Below, piece by piece: positions 45,995-54,670 of a stretch of 55,856 nucleotides of DNA. The stretch is from Natrialbaceae archaeon (lineage in GTDB: Archaea; Halobacteriota; Halobacteria; Halobacteriales; Natrialbaceae). The position numbers and the translations under genes were made by a program. Numbering within the stretch: the first letter of the stretch is position 1; every line of letters begins with the position of its first letter. Where the stretch lies: positions 1-55,856 of the forward strand of contig JBKEGM010000001.1 of the NCBI GenBank assembly GCA_046710005.1, written 5' to 3'. Below the pieces are notes generated by a model, which worked only from the letters and a program-made list of their open reading frames with translations, searched no databases and had not been told where the DNA came from.

Positions 45995-46340
45995 AATATG
46001 GAAGTCTCCGTAACGTTCGCCCGGTTAGGAGGGGTTCCACATAAGGCTTGACTTTAGCGAATGACGGGGATTCGCCAACGGAAAATAGGCATGGCGACGG
46101 CTCTCGGTCTCATGCCACCAACAAAATTACAACAGAGCGAAATGGTCCGATCGAACATAGCAGTTCACGTCGATTGTTTCAATTCCCGGGTCGGGCTGCA
46201 ATCCCAGCGCGGTCTCCGCCGAAATGACAGCGTCGCACTACTATCCTCGCCTCGAAGTGAAGTATTTCGACTCAGAAACTAACTCCGAGTCTTCGGCCAG
46301 TTTGGACGGAGATAGGAGTACCGGCTGGTTGGCACAGCCA

Positions 46341-46447
46341 GCAGTCCACCTGTATGATCTCTCCTGCGGATTCCAACCGCAGACAGAGGTGGAGGACTGC
46401 AAACCGTAATATCCCAACCTCGGGATTCCTCCGCCCTCAGGCGGAGG
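46341..46447. other. cluster of consecutive stem-loops in a non-coding gap (candidate structured RNA or 3'-UTR element)
   Basis: GCAGTCCACC (46341-50) pairs with GGTGG-AGG-ACTGC (46389-400) and encloses hairpin CTGCGG/attccaa/CCGCAG (46364-82). Hairpin ATCCC/aacctc/GGGAT (46411-26) follows. Then comes a perfect 8-bp hairpin CCTCCGCC/ctca/GGCGGAGG (46428-47), 7 nt from the stop of the 46454 gene. Confidence 0.3.
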
Positions 46448-46453
46448 AGGATG

Positions 46454-47284
46454 TCAATCGATGGCTTCCCCAAGAAGGGCGTCATAGGCGACTTCGTAGG
46501 CATCGGCCACGGCGCCAGGCTTCGCGCGCTCGTCGCTCCCGAGGGCCGGTAACGAAACCGTCGCCGACGGTTCGAGGTGGGCCGTCACGTCCGCCACCCG
46601 TTCCTCGTGGGCCCCAACCTGCCCACCGACCGTAGCCCCTGTCCCTCGACCGGCCCCCCCAACCACCTCGCAAGCCGTGAAGTATCGATCGCCGTCGAAA
46701 ATCCTCACACGCCCCGGTTCGACGATCGCCACGGCGTCGACGGTCACGTTAGCGATGGGAAGTGCGACGTCACCATAGGACTCGATGAGGACGCGGTCGT
46801 GGCCGCGAATTTCTTCGGCCAGGCGTTTCAGGCGGGGAAGATAGCGCTCTGTTGTTTGTCGGTTGAGTTCCTCGACCGTCCTCACCGTTACCGACGAATC
46901 GATCGGCAATCCATCCTGGGCGGAGCCTGGAACGTCCGCGGTCGCGTTAACGACGAAGGATTCGCCGGCCCGATCCAGAACGAATTGACGGTCGGCCCCA
47001 CCGATGAGGCCGCGACCGGTGCCTGGCGAGGGGCGCCACAATCGGTGGATCGGGTTGATCGCTTCCGGTGTGACGTCGGCGTCGCTTGTCGTCGCGAGGC
47101 GCTTTGCGTCCTTGCCGAACAGTCGACCCTGCTCGATGGCTCGTCGGTAGTCATCGTGATCGAACCAGTAGTCGTTCCCCGCACGGGGTTTGAATCCGAT
47201 TCCCCCGATTCGATCGAGCAATCCCGTGGAGAACGTCGTCTTTCCGGCGTCCACCCGGTCGCCACCGGCCACCAGGAGGTTCAT
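46454..47284 (-). CDS. DTBS/CobQ-like P-loop ATPase of unknown function (COG4028-like)
   Basis: 276 aa. Deviant Walker A 'VAGGDRVDAGKTTFSTGLL' and 'VLIESYGDVALP' resemble dethiobiotin-synthetase-fold NTPases. Confidence 0.78.
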   Translation of the reverse strand: MNLLVAGGDRVDAGKTTFSTGLLDRIGGIGFKPRAGNDYWFDHDDYRRAIEQGRLFGKDAKRLATTSDADVTPEAINPIHRLWRPSPGTGRGLIGGADRQFVLDRAGESFVVNATADVPGSAQDGLPIDSSVTVRTVEELNRQTTERYLPRLKRLAEEIRGHDRVLIESYGDVALPIANVTVDAVAIVEPGRVRIFDGDRYFTACEVVGGAGRGTGATVGGQVGAHEERVADVTAHLEPSATVSLPALGSDERAKPGAVADAYEVAYDALLGEAID

Positions 47285-47550
47285 TCCTCTTTCAAACCGT
47301 AGTACCCCGGTTCCGACTCATCGCTCGGTTCGGCGACGACCAGGTCATCCCCGTTGAAAATTATCCAGGGGATCGCCCAGTCGAGCAGGATTTCTTCCGT
47401 CCCGGCGTCCAGTTCGGCGTCGGGATCGAGGTCCTGGAGCAACCTGGCGATTTCGTACACGGTGTACATTCGCTCGGCTTCGAGCAACTCCGCCGGTTCG
47501 TAGAAGTCGCATGGAAACAGTTCGTCGAACTCGGTTTTCGGAATCGGCAT
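47281..47550 (-). CDS. small acidic hypothetical protein, translationally coupled to the P-loop ATPase
   Basis: 89 aa from 'MPIPKTEFDELFPCDFYEPAELLEAERMYTVYEIARLL...'. Its stop overlaps the ATPase ATG (ATGA at 47281-47284). The upstream portion of the 161-aa ORF is not acidic or coding-like. Confidence 0.62.
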   Translation of the reverse strand: MPIPKTEFDELFPCDFYEPAELLEAERMYTVYEIARLLQDLDPDAELDAGTEEILLDWAIPWIIFNGDDLVVAEPSDESEPGYYGLKEE

Positions 47551-47888
47551 GGATCGACGTACTCGACGTGACGGGTAAAATGGAGCGATTTGGCCAATCA
47601 TCCGTCCACACGGCAATCCCTTCGAATCGTGACTCGCGAATCGGGATCTGGCTTCGGGCTCGGCAACGGTCCCCTGATGGCCCAGGCTCACGGAGGGGGT
47701 CAGGGTGATAGTGGGATCGGACGCCGTCGATCGATTCAAACTCGTCGTGGTCACCATGCCGGCCACGAGGGTTGAACGTGCCTGAATTGTGACGGGCCCT
47801 CGCCGATTGCGCCTGCTGAGGCAAGACTGGGTATCGCCGACACCCTGTCGAATCCGGCGTCAAAAAATACCGATCGCGGTTTCGAGCC

Positions 47889-48500
47889 TTACTCGAAGTG
47901 GCCGATGCTCGTCTGGTACTCCTCGGCGGCCGTGTCCCAGTTGACGACCTCGAAGAAGGCGTCGATGAAGCTCCCCCGATCGGGACCGTAATCGTAGTAG
48001 TAGGAGTGTTCCCAGACGTCGAGTGCGAGAATCGGATGCGCCCCCCAAAGGGCCCCCTGGTCGTGCTTGTCGACTTTCACGTTCCGAAGCTGTTTCGCCA
48101 CTGGATCGTAGACCAGTAGAGCCCAGCCCCCGGCAGCGCCGGCCGCAGCCTCGAATTCGCCCTTCCAGCCTTCATAAGAGCCGAAATCTTCCTCGATTCG
48201 ATCTCGAAGGTCGCCGTGGGGTTCGCCGCCGCCGTTCGGCGACATGCAGTCCCAAAACAGATGGTGTAGGTAGTGCCCACTACCGTTATGGGTCACGTTG
48301 CCGAGGGCGCCCGGCGTGGAGGCATAATCGCCTGCGGCCCGGTTTTCCTCCAGCGTTTCCTCGGCGGCGTTGAGACCGTTGACGTAGCCCTGATGGTGCG
48401 TATCGTGGTGCCAGGTGAGGACCTGTTCGCTGATGTGCGGTTCGAGTGCGTCATAGTCGTACGGGAGCGGTGGTAGCTCCGCGTGTGATTTCTCGGACAT
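47889..48500 (-). CDS. sod: Mn/Fe superoxide dismutase
   Basis: 'LPPLPYDYDALEPHISEQVLTWHHDTHHQGYV' and the signature 'DVWEHSYYYDY'. The start was taken at 'MSEKSHAEL'. Confidence 0.95.
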   Translation of the reverse strand: MSEKSHAELPPLPYDYDALEPHISEQVLTWHHDTHHQGYVNGLNAAEETLEENRAAGDYASTPGALGNVTHNGSGHYLHHLFWDCMSPNGGGEPHGDLRDRIEEDFGSYEGWKGEFEAAAGAAGGWALLVYDPVAKQLRNVKVDKHDQGALWGAHPILALDVWEHSYYYDYGPDRGSFIDAFFEVVNWDTAAEEYQTSIGHFE

Positions 48501-48623
48501 GACCTGATGCCTCATTCCGTCACGTAGGCGTGATGAATGTTAAATGTTGAGGAGCCGATTGATACCAAATATCATGGTCGAAACCACCGTACTGGCGTCA
48601 CCACGGCGGTCTCCCGGTGGCGG

Positions 48624-50033
48624 TCATTCGGACTCCCCTCTGGCCGCTCGGTACATTTCGAGGGCCCGTTCGCGGGCCTCGGCGTGATCGACGATTGGTG
48701 CCGGATACTCCGGAGCGAGCGCGTCGCGTTCCGCCTCCTCGAGTTCGTGCCACCCGTGGATTTGCGCGGGCGTCACGTCGCGAAGTTCAGGGACGTACGT
48801 TGTGATATAGTCCGCTTCCGGATCGTACCGTTCGCCCTGGGTCATCGGGTTGAAAATCCGGAAAAACGGCTGCGCGTCGGTTCCGGTCGAGGCCGCCCAC
48901 TGCCAGCCCCCATTGTCGTTTGCCGTGTCGTGATCGGCCAGTCGCTCTCGGAACCAGTCATACCCCTCCCGCCAGTCGATCCGGAGGTCTTTCGTCAAAA
49001 ACGAGGCGACGATCATCCGGACGCGATTGTGCATCCACGCCTCCTGGCGGAGCTGTCGCATGCCGGCGTCGACGATCGGGTAGCCTGTCTCCCCGGCCTT
49101 CCAGGCTGCCACTGCGTCGGGGGCCTCGCGCCACTCGATCGGGTGCTCGTAGTCCTTGTAGTTCTCTCGAACGACCGCCGGGTTTGCCGCGAGGACGTGG
49201 GCATAAAACTCCCGCCAGGCGAGTTGTGATTGAAATTCCCGGACCGATTCGCGTTCGGCATCGTCCTCGGCGGCGGCGAACGCGTCGACAGTAGCGGCGT
49301 AGACGGTCCGGATCCCAATCGTTCCCCAGGCGAGGTGGACGGACAGTCGAGAGGTAGCCTCGTCGCCGGGATAGTCCCGCCGATCCGCGTATCGATAGAT
49401 GGGATTCGAGCAGAACGATTCGAGTCTTTCGTGGGCTGCTCGGGGCTCAATCGGCGGAACCGTGGCCTCGGAGGAGTCCACGCTCAGTTCCTCCAGGGTC
49501 GGTATTGGTTCCCCATCGACGTCGGCCAGATCGTTAGCGTCGGGTGCCTCGGCCGGGGCTTCCATGTCCCGATCCCGCCACTTCTTCCAGAAGTAAGAAT
49601 ACACCGCGTAATGGGTCCCATCGTTCGTCGTGATGGTCCCTGGTTCCTGCAGGAGGGCGTCTTCGTGTGTTTCGACGTCGGTGCTGCCGTCCTCCAGTGC
49701 CGTGCGAACCGCTTCGTCTCTCCGTCTTGCCAGCCCAGAGTAATCCCGATTCCAGTGGACGCGCTCCACGTCAAATTCGTCGACGAGTCGGGGTACTTCC
49801 TCGGTCGGATTCCCACGAACCACGACGAGTTCGCCATCCCGGTCGTGATACTGTTCCCTGAGCGCCTGGAGCCCCTTGCGGAGTGCCACGATCCGGGGTG
49901 CCCCGGACTGGCTGAGCAGTCGATCATCGAGAACGAACACTGGAACGACCGTGTCGTCCGAGTCCCGTGCGGCAGCCAAGAGTCCCACGTTGTCCCGAAT
50001 TCGGAGGTCGCGCCGATGCCAGTGGAGATGCAC
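48624..50033 (-). CDS. phr: deoxyribodipyrimidine photolyase (class I CPD photolyase/cryptochrome family)
   Basis: 'HLHWHRRDLRIRDN', 'TGYPIVDAGMRQLRQEAWMHNRVRMIVASFLTKDLRIDWREG', 'GGWQWAASTGTDAQPFFRIFNP'. The GTG start at 50033 gives the usual N-terminus; the ATG-extended ORF to 50129 overlaps the next gene. Confidence 0.9.
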   Translation of the reverse strand: MHLHWHRRDLRIRDNVGLLAAARDSDDTVVPVFVLDDRLLSQSGAPRIVALRKGLQALREQYHDRDGELVVVRGNPTEEVPRLVDEFDVERVHWNRDYSGLARRRDEAVRTALEDGSTDVETHEDALLQEPGTITTNDGTHYAVYSYFWKKWRDRDMEAPAEAPDANDLADVDGEPIPTLEELSVDSSEATVPPIEPRAAHERLESFCSNPIYRYADRRDYPGDEATSRLSVHLAWGTIGIRTVYAATVDAFAAAEDDAERESVREFQSQLAWREFYAHVLAANPAVVRENYKDYEHPIEWREAPDAVAAWKAGETGYPIVDAGMRQLRQEAWMHNRVRMIVASFLTKDLRIDWREGYDWFRERLADHDTANDNGGWQWAASTGTDAQPFFRIFNPMTQGERYDPEADYITTYVPELRDVTPAQIHGWHELEEAERDALAPEYPAPIVDHAEARERALEMYRAARGESE

Positions 50034-50106
50034 GGTATCGGTATCGTGCGCAAGAACTGTGAAAGTTTGTCCCAAAAACGGACGATGGACTCGACGAGCG
50101 CGGCGA

Positions 50107-50946
50107 TCAGTTGAGGATCGATTGGGCAACCGTGGCCAGTTGGGCGTCGTCAGCCTGCGTGAGGCGGGGATCGCCCAGTTTGAGGCGAAGACGCGGTCGT
50201 CCCACGTCGACCGGTACCTTTTCGGTGTCGATCAGGCCCATTTCCTCGAGTTTGGTCTTGGTGCGCGAGAACGTCGCTTTCGACGCCAGGCCGATGTCTT
50301 CGCCCCACTTGCTCACGTCATACAGCAGTTCCTCGTTTTTGGCTGCGATGAGGAGGCTGATCGTCACCTCGTCGAGGCCGTCACCGTCACCCCGAGCCGT
50401 CTCGAGCGAGGAGAGAACGCCGTTGAAATCCTCATGGGCATCCTCGCCCAGGTCCGTGGAGAGTGTCTCCTTGATCTCTGTGATCGGCGGCGTCCGGAGG
50501 CGGTGCTCGTCCGCCGTTTCCCAGAGTTCCTCGTATCCGGACCGTACCTCGGTCACGAACGAACGGTCGTCGGTGACGATCCCGCCCTCGCGATCACCGA
50601 CGGTGACGAGCGAGACGGCCTCTCCCTTCGTGGCGATGACCGGATTGGTCGGTGGGTCTTCGAGCGTTTTGAGTTCGAGTTCGTCGCGGGTCAAGAGGTC
50701 AGCCGCGCTACTCGCGACGATGAAGTCTTCCAGTACGTCCTTGAGTGTTCGGTAGTCCGCGAGCAACCGAACGGTGACGTCGTACTTGTTGGCGTTGCCC
50801 TTGTCGACGTAGGCTTCGATCGCGTCGGGGGACGGGTTGACCAGATATACCGTTCCGGTGGCGGTCGAAAGGGTCTCGTCGACGATTTCGCCGAGCCGCT
50901 TGTCGAGTAAATTCGATACCATGCCTTCAGAACCGTTAACAACCAT
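50107..50946 (-). CDS. haloarchaeal transcription regulator with C-terminal TrmB-like winged helix
   Basis: 279-aa acidic ORF. The C-terminus 'LYDVSKWGEDIGLASKATFSRTKTKLEEMGLIDTEKVPVDVGRPRLRL' is an HTH-plus-wing pattern. I do not recognise the N-terminal domain. Confidence 0.68.
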   Translation of the reverse strand: MVVNGSEGMVSNLLDKRLGEIVDETLSTATGTVYLVNPSPDAIEAYVDKGNANKYDVTVRLLADYRTLKDVLEDFIVASSAADLLTRDELELKTLEDPPTNPVIATKGEAVSLVTVGDREGGIVTDDRSFVTEVRSGYEELWETADEHRLRTPPITEIKETLSTDLGEDAHEDFNGVLSSLETARGDGDGLDEVTISLLIAAKNEELLYDVSKWGEDIGLASKATFSRTKTKLEEMGLIDTEKVPVDVGRPRLRLKLGDPRLTQADDAQLATVAQSILN

Positions 50947-51102
50947 CAGATACTTAATTTTACGGGTATTTGATTTCCTTTCCGCCCAATATGTGATAAT
51001 TCTCTAACCAATTTCGACGAATCGTCCGGCTAAACGGTCGGAAACAGAAAAACGTAGATTTCACAAATCCGCCTGAACCCGGACTCACATCGGGGAAACC
51101 GG

Positions 51103-51507
51103 CTAGTCGGAGTCTTCCTCTTCCTCGTTTTCTTCTCCGCGGGCCATCGCCTGTGCTTGCTGGGCCGGTTCAGCGTCGGCCGGACTCGGTGCGTCAGGTT
51201 GATCGAGGAGGGCCTCGAAGTCGTCCACCTCGCCGTACTGGTCGCGGTACATGAGCGCCACGCGGCCTTTCCGCGTGATTTCATACAAGCCGGAGTGTTC
51301 GGCCGGACCGATCTTGCGAACCAGTTTGTAGTCGTCCAGGACCGGCAGACGGGTATTGATATTCTTTCGACTCTTGTCGGTGTGGTGCGCGAGATTCGTG
51401 GCAACGTTGCGGCCATTTTCCTCGAGCGCCTCCAGGATCAGGAAATCGGTTGGTCGTCGAAGTTTCACGAGTTGATCCACCTGTTTGTTTCCAATAGTGA
51501 CTTCCAT
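51103..51507 (-). CDS. winged-helix DNA-binding protein (PhiH1-repressor-like/MarR-like)
   Basis: 'DFLILEALEENGRNVATNLAHHTDKSRKNINTRLPVLDDYKLVRKIGPAEHSGLYEITRKG' followed by an acidic tail. Confidence 0.78.
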   Translation of the reverse strand: MEVTIGNKQVDQLVKLRRPTDFLILEALEENGRNVATNLAHHTDKSRKNINTRLPVLDDYKLVRKIGPAEHSGLYEITRKGRVALMYRDQYGEVDDFEALLDQPDAPSPADAEPAQQAQAMARGEENEEEEDSD

Positions 51508-51813
51508 TTTAAAGTGTTGGCCGTTTTCCCCGATTTATATTGGTAATCGGCCATTGAATTACCTGATTGCTTTGTAATATACCACCAAACGATCCGATGG
51601 CGGCCTGTGATTACACTATGGTTGCACCACTTTCTCTCGGCCGGAACCCTGGATGCCTGCAAATCGGCAACATTCGGAACCATGTATCCCTTGTTTTTAA
51701 ATATAAAGAATACCGGCGACGAAATGACCCGCCTCAAATGGTTCGTGGAGGTGCCCGGTTGATCTCCTTGGTTGCGTCCGTTCCACGTTCGCCTGGCGGT
51801 TCGAAGCGGGTGA

Positions 51814-52122
51814 TTAATCGCTCGCCCGCCCGTTGACCGTTTCGTGGATGCCGAGGACGAATGCAGGGACGACCACGATGAACAGGTGTTCCTCGATCGG
51901 TATGCCGAGGAGATCAACCCCGGTTCGGAGTTCGATCGAAAAGACCCCGACTTTGAGGGTGTACCAGTCCCACACGTAGGCAATCGGATAGAGGGCCAGG
52001 ATCGTCCGTCCGGCGCTTCGAAATGCCTGTGCCCGAAAGAGAAGGATCCATGCGACGGTACCGAACAGTGCCTCAGTAACGAGGTACGTGTACGAGCCAA
52101 AGACGCCGATGTCCGGTAGCAT
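51814..52122 (-). CDS. lycopene cyclase domain protein (single CrtYc/CrtYd-type half)
   Basis: 102-aa, 3-TM ORF. 'YLVTEALFGTVAWILLF...YVWDWYTLKVGVF...GIPIEEHLFIVVVP' matches the heterodimeric lycopene cyclase repeat ('PxEE' motif). Confidence 0.78.
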   Translation of the reverse strand: MLPDIGVFGSYTYLVTEALFGTVAWILLFRAQAFRSAGRTILALYPIAYVWDWYTLKVGVFSIELRTGVDLLGIPIEEHLFIVVVPAFVLGIHETVNGRASD

Positions 52123-52269
52123 GGCCGTCTCTTAGCTTCCGAGAACTAAACCTCGTCGCCCGTTTGCTGTCGGATGGGCTGCGGTGCTGACGACGGTTAT
52201 TATCACAATTCTTTCATCGCCTCCGGTCGGTACGTTCATTATCGTTCGTAGTCAACGCTCGAAGGAACA

Positions 52270-53427
52270 ATGGACATTGCTGATATCGCGACAACGGAGT
52301 ATCTCGAAGTTGGCGTCGATACCCGCCTCGGAAAGGTTCGGTCCATTTTCGAGGAAGAAAACCCGAAGGGAATCGTCGTCACGCGCGACGGCGAGTACGA
52401 GACCGTCCTGGGAGAGCGCGAACTCATTCAGTCCCACGTCGAGGACAACGCCAAGGTCGAATCGTTGATCAAACCGAGTCGAACGGATCCGGTTCCGAAG
52501 ATCGACCGCAACGAGGGCATTCGGGAGGCCGCACGAATGCTCATCGAGGGCAATACCAAGGTTGCACCGGTATTCGAGGGGGACCAACTCTACGGCATCA
52601 TTAACCAGGACCTTATCCTGAAGATGGTGCTGGACAACCTTGACGCGCTGTCGGTTGGGGACATCTACACGGACGAGGTCATCACGCTCCAGGATGGCGA
52701 CGGCGTCGGCAAGGCGATCAACCGTCTTCGAGAGCACGGCATCTCGCGCGTGCCGGTACTGGACGAAAAAGAGTACCTCACGGGCATGGTCACTGTCCAC
52801 GACATTGCGGACGTCGTCGTTCGGGACATGACCAAGGCGACGACGGGCGACCGGTCGGGGGACATCGATAGGATCCTCGACATTCCTGTGGCGGACATCA
52901 TGAGTTCACCCGTCGAGACGACCACGGCGGGCGAGTCAGTGAGACACGCTGTCGAGCGAATGCTCGAACAGGATTACGCCGGACTCGTCGTCACCCCGGA
53001 CGATGACGATCGGGTCGTGGCTGGAGTCCTGACGAAGACGGACGTCCTCCGGGCGTTGACCTACACCGAACAGGACTACATGGACGTTCAAATTACGAAC
53101 ATCTCGCTGTTGGACACGATCTCGCGTGAGGACATTCGCAAGGAAATCGGGTCCGTCGCGGAAAAATACCAGGACATGCAGGTGCAACACGCCCACGTCC
53201 GCTTCCACGAGCACAAGGAGAAACTCCGGGGCACGCCACTCATTCGCGCCCAGATCCGCCTCCGGACGAACCGGGGGCAGATGGCCGGGTCGGGCGAGGG
53301 CTATGGTTCCGAGAACGCGTTCTACGTTGCGCTGGACAAACTCGAACGAAACGTCATCGAAACGAAGGGCATGATCAGCGACGAGGAGTATCGCGGCCAA
53401 CTCCTGCGGAAACTCGACGAACTCTAG
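52270..53427 (+). CDS. four CBS domains fused to an HPF/RaiA (S30AE)-like ribosome-hibernation domain
   Basis: Residues 1-270 form four CBS motifs. Residues 271-385, 'MDVQITNISLLDTISREDIRKEIGSVAEKYQD.QVQHAHVRF...IRAQIRLRTNRGQMAGSGEGYGSENAFYVALDKLERNVIETKG', follow the HPF/YfiA pattern. Confidence 0.85.
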   Translation: MDIADIATTEYLEVGVDTRLGKVRSIFEEENPKGIVVTRDGEYETVLGERELIQSHVEDNAKVESLIKPSRTDPVPKIDRNEGIREAARMLIEGNTKVAPVFEGDQLYGIINQDLILKMVLDNLDALSVGDIYTDEVITLQDGDGVGKAINRLREHGISRVPVLDEKEYLTGMVTVHDIADVVVRDMTKATTGDRSGDIDRILDIPVADIMSSPVETTTAGESVRHAVERMLEQDYAGLVVTPDDDDRVVAGVLTKTDVLRALTYTEQDYMDVQITNISLLDTISREDIRKEIGSVAEKYQDMQVQHAHVRFHEHKEKLRGTPLIRAQIRLRTNRGQMAGSGEGYGSENAFYVALDKLERNVIETKGMISDEEYRGQLLRKLDEL

Positions 53428-53685
53428 CCCGGACCGAAACCGACCGCGAATGTGCTGCCCGGATCCCAGAGTAGGTATCGACGGGCCCAGGAACGTTTTG
53501 TCACTGTCGATCTGCAGACCTGGTTTGGCTGGATATCGCTGCGGCCGGCGGGAATTGGTTCGTTCTGGACCGTCAGTGGCGGCACCCCTCGAAATGATTT
53601 GTCGGTTCGGCGGTGCGGCCCTGTCCGTCGCTGGCTGGGGCCCCTAATGCCAACCCTCTAGTAATTCCCTTTCCTTTGTTAATAT

Positions 53686-54105
53686 ATGGCCGTCGTCAGC
53701 GTCTCAATGCCGGAACAGCTTATCGATCGAATCGACGGAATCGCCGACGAACACGGCTACACGGGCCGTAGCGAGGTCCTTCGGGAGGCCGCACGAAATC
53801 TGCTTGGCGAGTTTGAGGACAAGGAACTCGAGGATCACGAGTTGATGGCGGTTGTCACCGTGTTGTTCGATTACGGGGCCGAACCCGTCGAACGGCGGAT
53901 GATGCAACTTCGCCACGAGTACGATTCGCTCGTCCAGTCCAACGTCCACAATCACGTCGGCGACCGGTACTGTACCGAACTGTTCGTCCTGGACGGGTCG
54001 CTGGAAGACATCTCGACGTTCGTCGGCAAAATACGCGCAACCAAGGACACCCTATCGGTCGATTACTCGGTAATGCCTGTCGACGAGGTGGGAACCGTCA
54101 CGTGA
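53686..54105 (+). CDS. nikR: nickel-responsive regulator NikR (RHH + ACT-like metal domain)
   Basis: N-terminal RHH '[38 protein letters not shown]'. C-terminal metal-site residues '[12 protein letters not shown]' and 'AVVTVLFDY'. Confidence 0.88.
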   Translation: MAVVSVSMPEQLIDRIDGIADEHGYTGRSEVLREAARNLLGEFEDKELEDHELMAVVTVLFDYGAEPVERRMMQLRHEYDSLVQSNVHNHVGDRYCTELFVLDGSLEDISTFVGKIRATKDTLSVDYSVMPVDEVGTVT

Positions 54106-54670
54106 GGAAAGGAGATATTGGGCATGGCAAGCCGACAGGAACGGGGTGGATCCGAACGGGCAGTTTGAATCCGAAGGACACCGGGCATGGGGAGCGGCTC
54201 GGTAGATAGTTCCTGTCGACACTTTCTGTTTGGGGCTATTCAACTATAAACCTCTTGAATAGTAAAAAGGATTTTTACCTTATCGAAATCCGGTTTGTGG
54301 CTGACGGTTGGAGGCGAAATTCATTCTGTCTCCCTTGGAAATCGTCCGGGCGCTAACGTTGCAATTTCTCTCCATGTGATGGCCCAACATGGGTCGATGA
54401 CGATGGTATTCAATTGAAAGGTTCCGGGGGGCACCGGAACGACGACCAAACCCCCGTTACCCTTCGGACGCCCTGTCAGAATCGCCCGTTTTGTGAGGAT
54501 CGATATCCCGGGACTCAGCGTCGATATTGTCGTTCGAACGGGATACGCATTGGTGGTGTGTTGTCACGTGGGTACCAGGGCGGCAACTCGTCGAAAGAGC
54601 TATCGACTGTGGCATGGTATAACGAAACAAGGAATCCGCGGGCGAGACACGCTTCCGGTTCGCTAACGCC

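Noticed and set aside
46364-46382. A T-arm-like hairpin, CTGCGG-attccaa-CCGCAG (reverse complement loop TTGGAAT), considered as part of an intron-containing tRNA or tRNA-like gene.
   Set aside because: Neither strand gives the conserved T-loop (TTCRANY with C56). I could build no acceptor, D or anticodon arms around it, and saw no bulge-helix-bulge motif. It is kept only as part of the stem-loop cluster finding.
46061-46503. ORFs 46061..46282 (73 aa), 46224..46409 (61 aa) and 46279..46503 (74 aa) in the nuoA-proximal gap.
   Set aside because: They have basic, Ser/Arg-rich, non-haloarchaeal composition, they overlap one another, and they carry no motifs.
47551-47888. The 338-bp gap upstream of the small acidic gene and downstream of sod, examined for SRP RNA or a tRNA (a '...GATTCAAACTCGTCGTGGTCACCA' stretch ends in CCA).
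   Set aside because: No T-stem pairing flanks the TTCAAAC, there is no cloverleaf, and the SRP helix-8 motif (GGAA tetraloop/AGCA) is absent. Nothing here can be supported from sequence alone.
51465-52100. A 211-aa minus-strand ORF overlapping the lycopene-cyclase-domain gene, and ORF 51567..51836 (+).
   Set aside because: They are Ser/Arg-rich with no motifs and are out of frame with the well-supported 102-aa cyclase-domain ORF. The part outside that gene lies in low-GC DNA with poor coding appearance.
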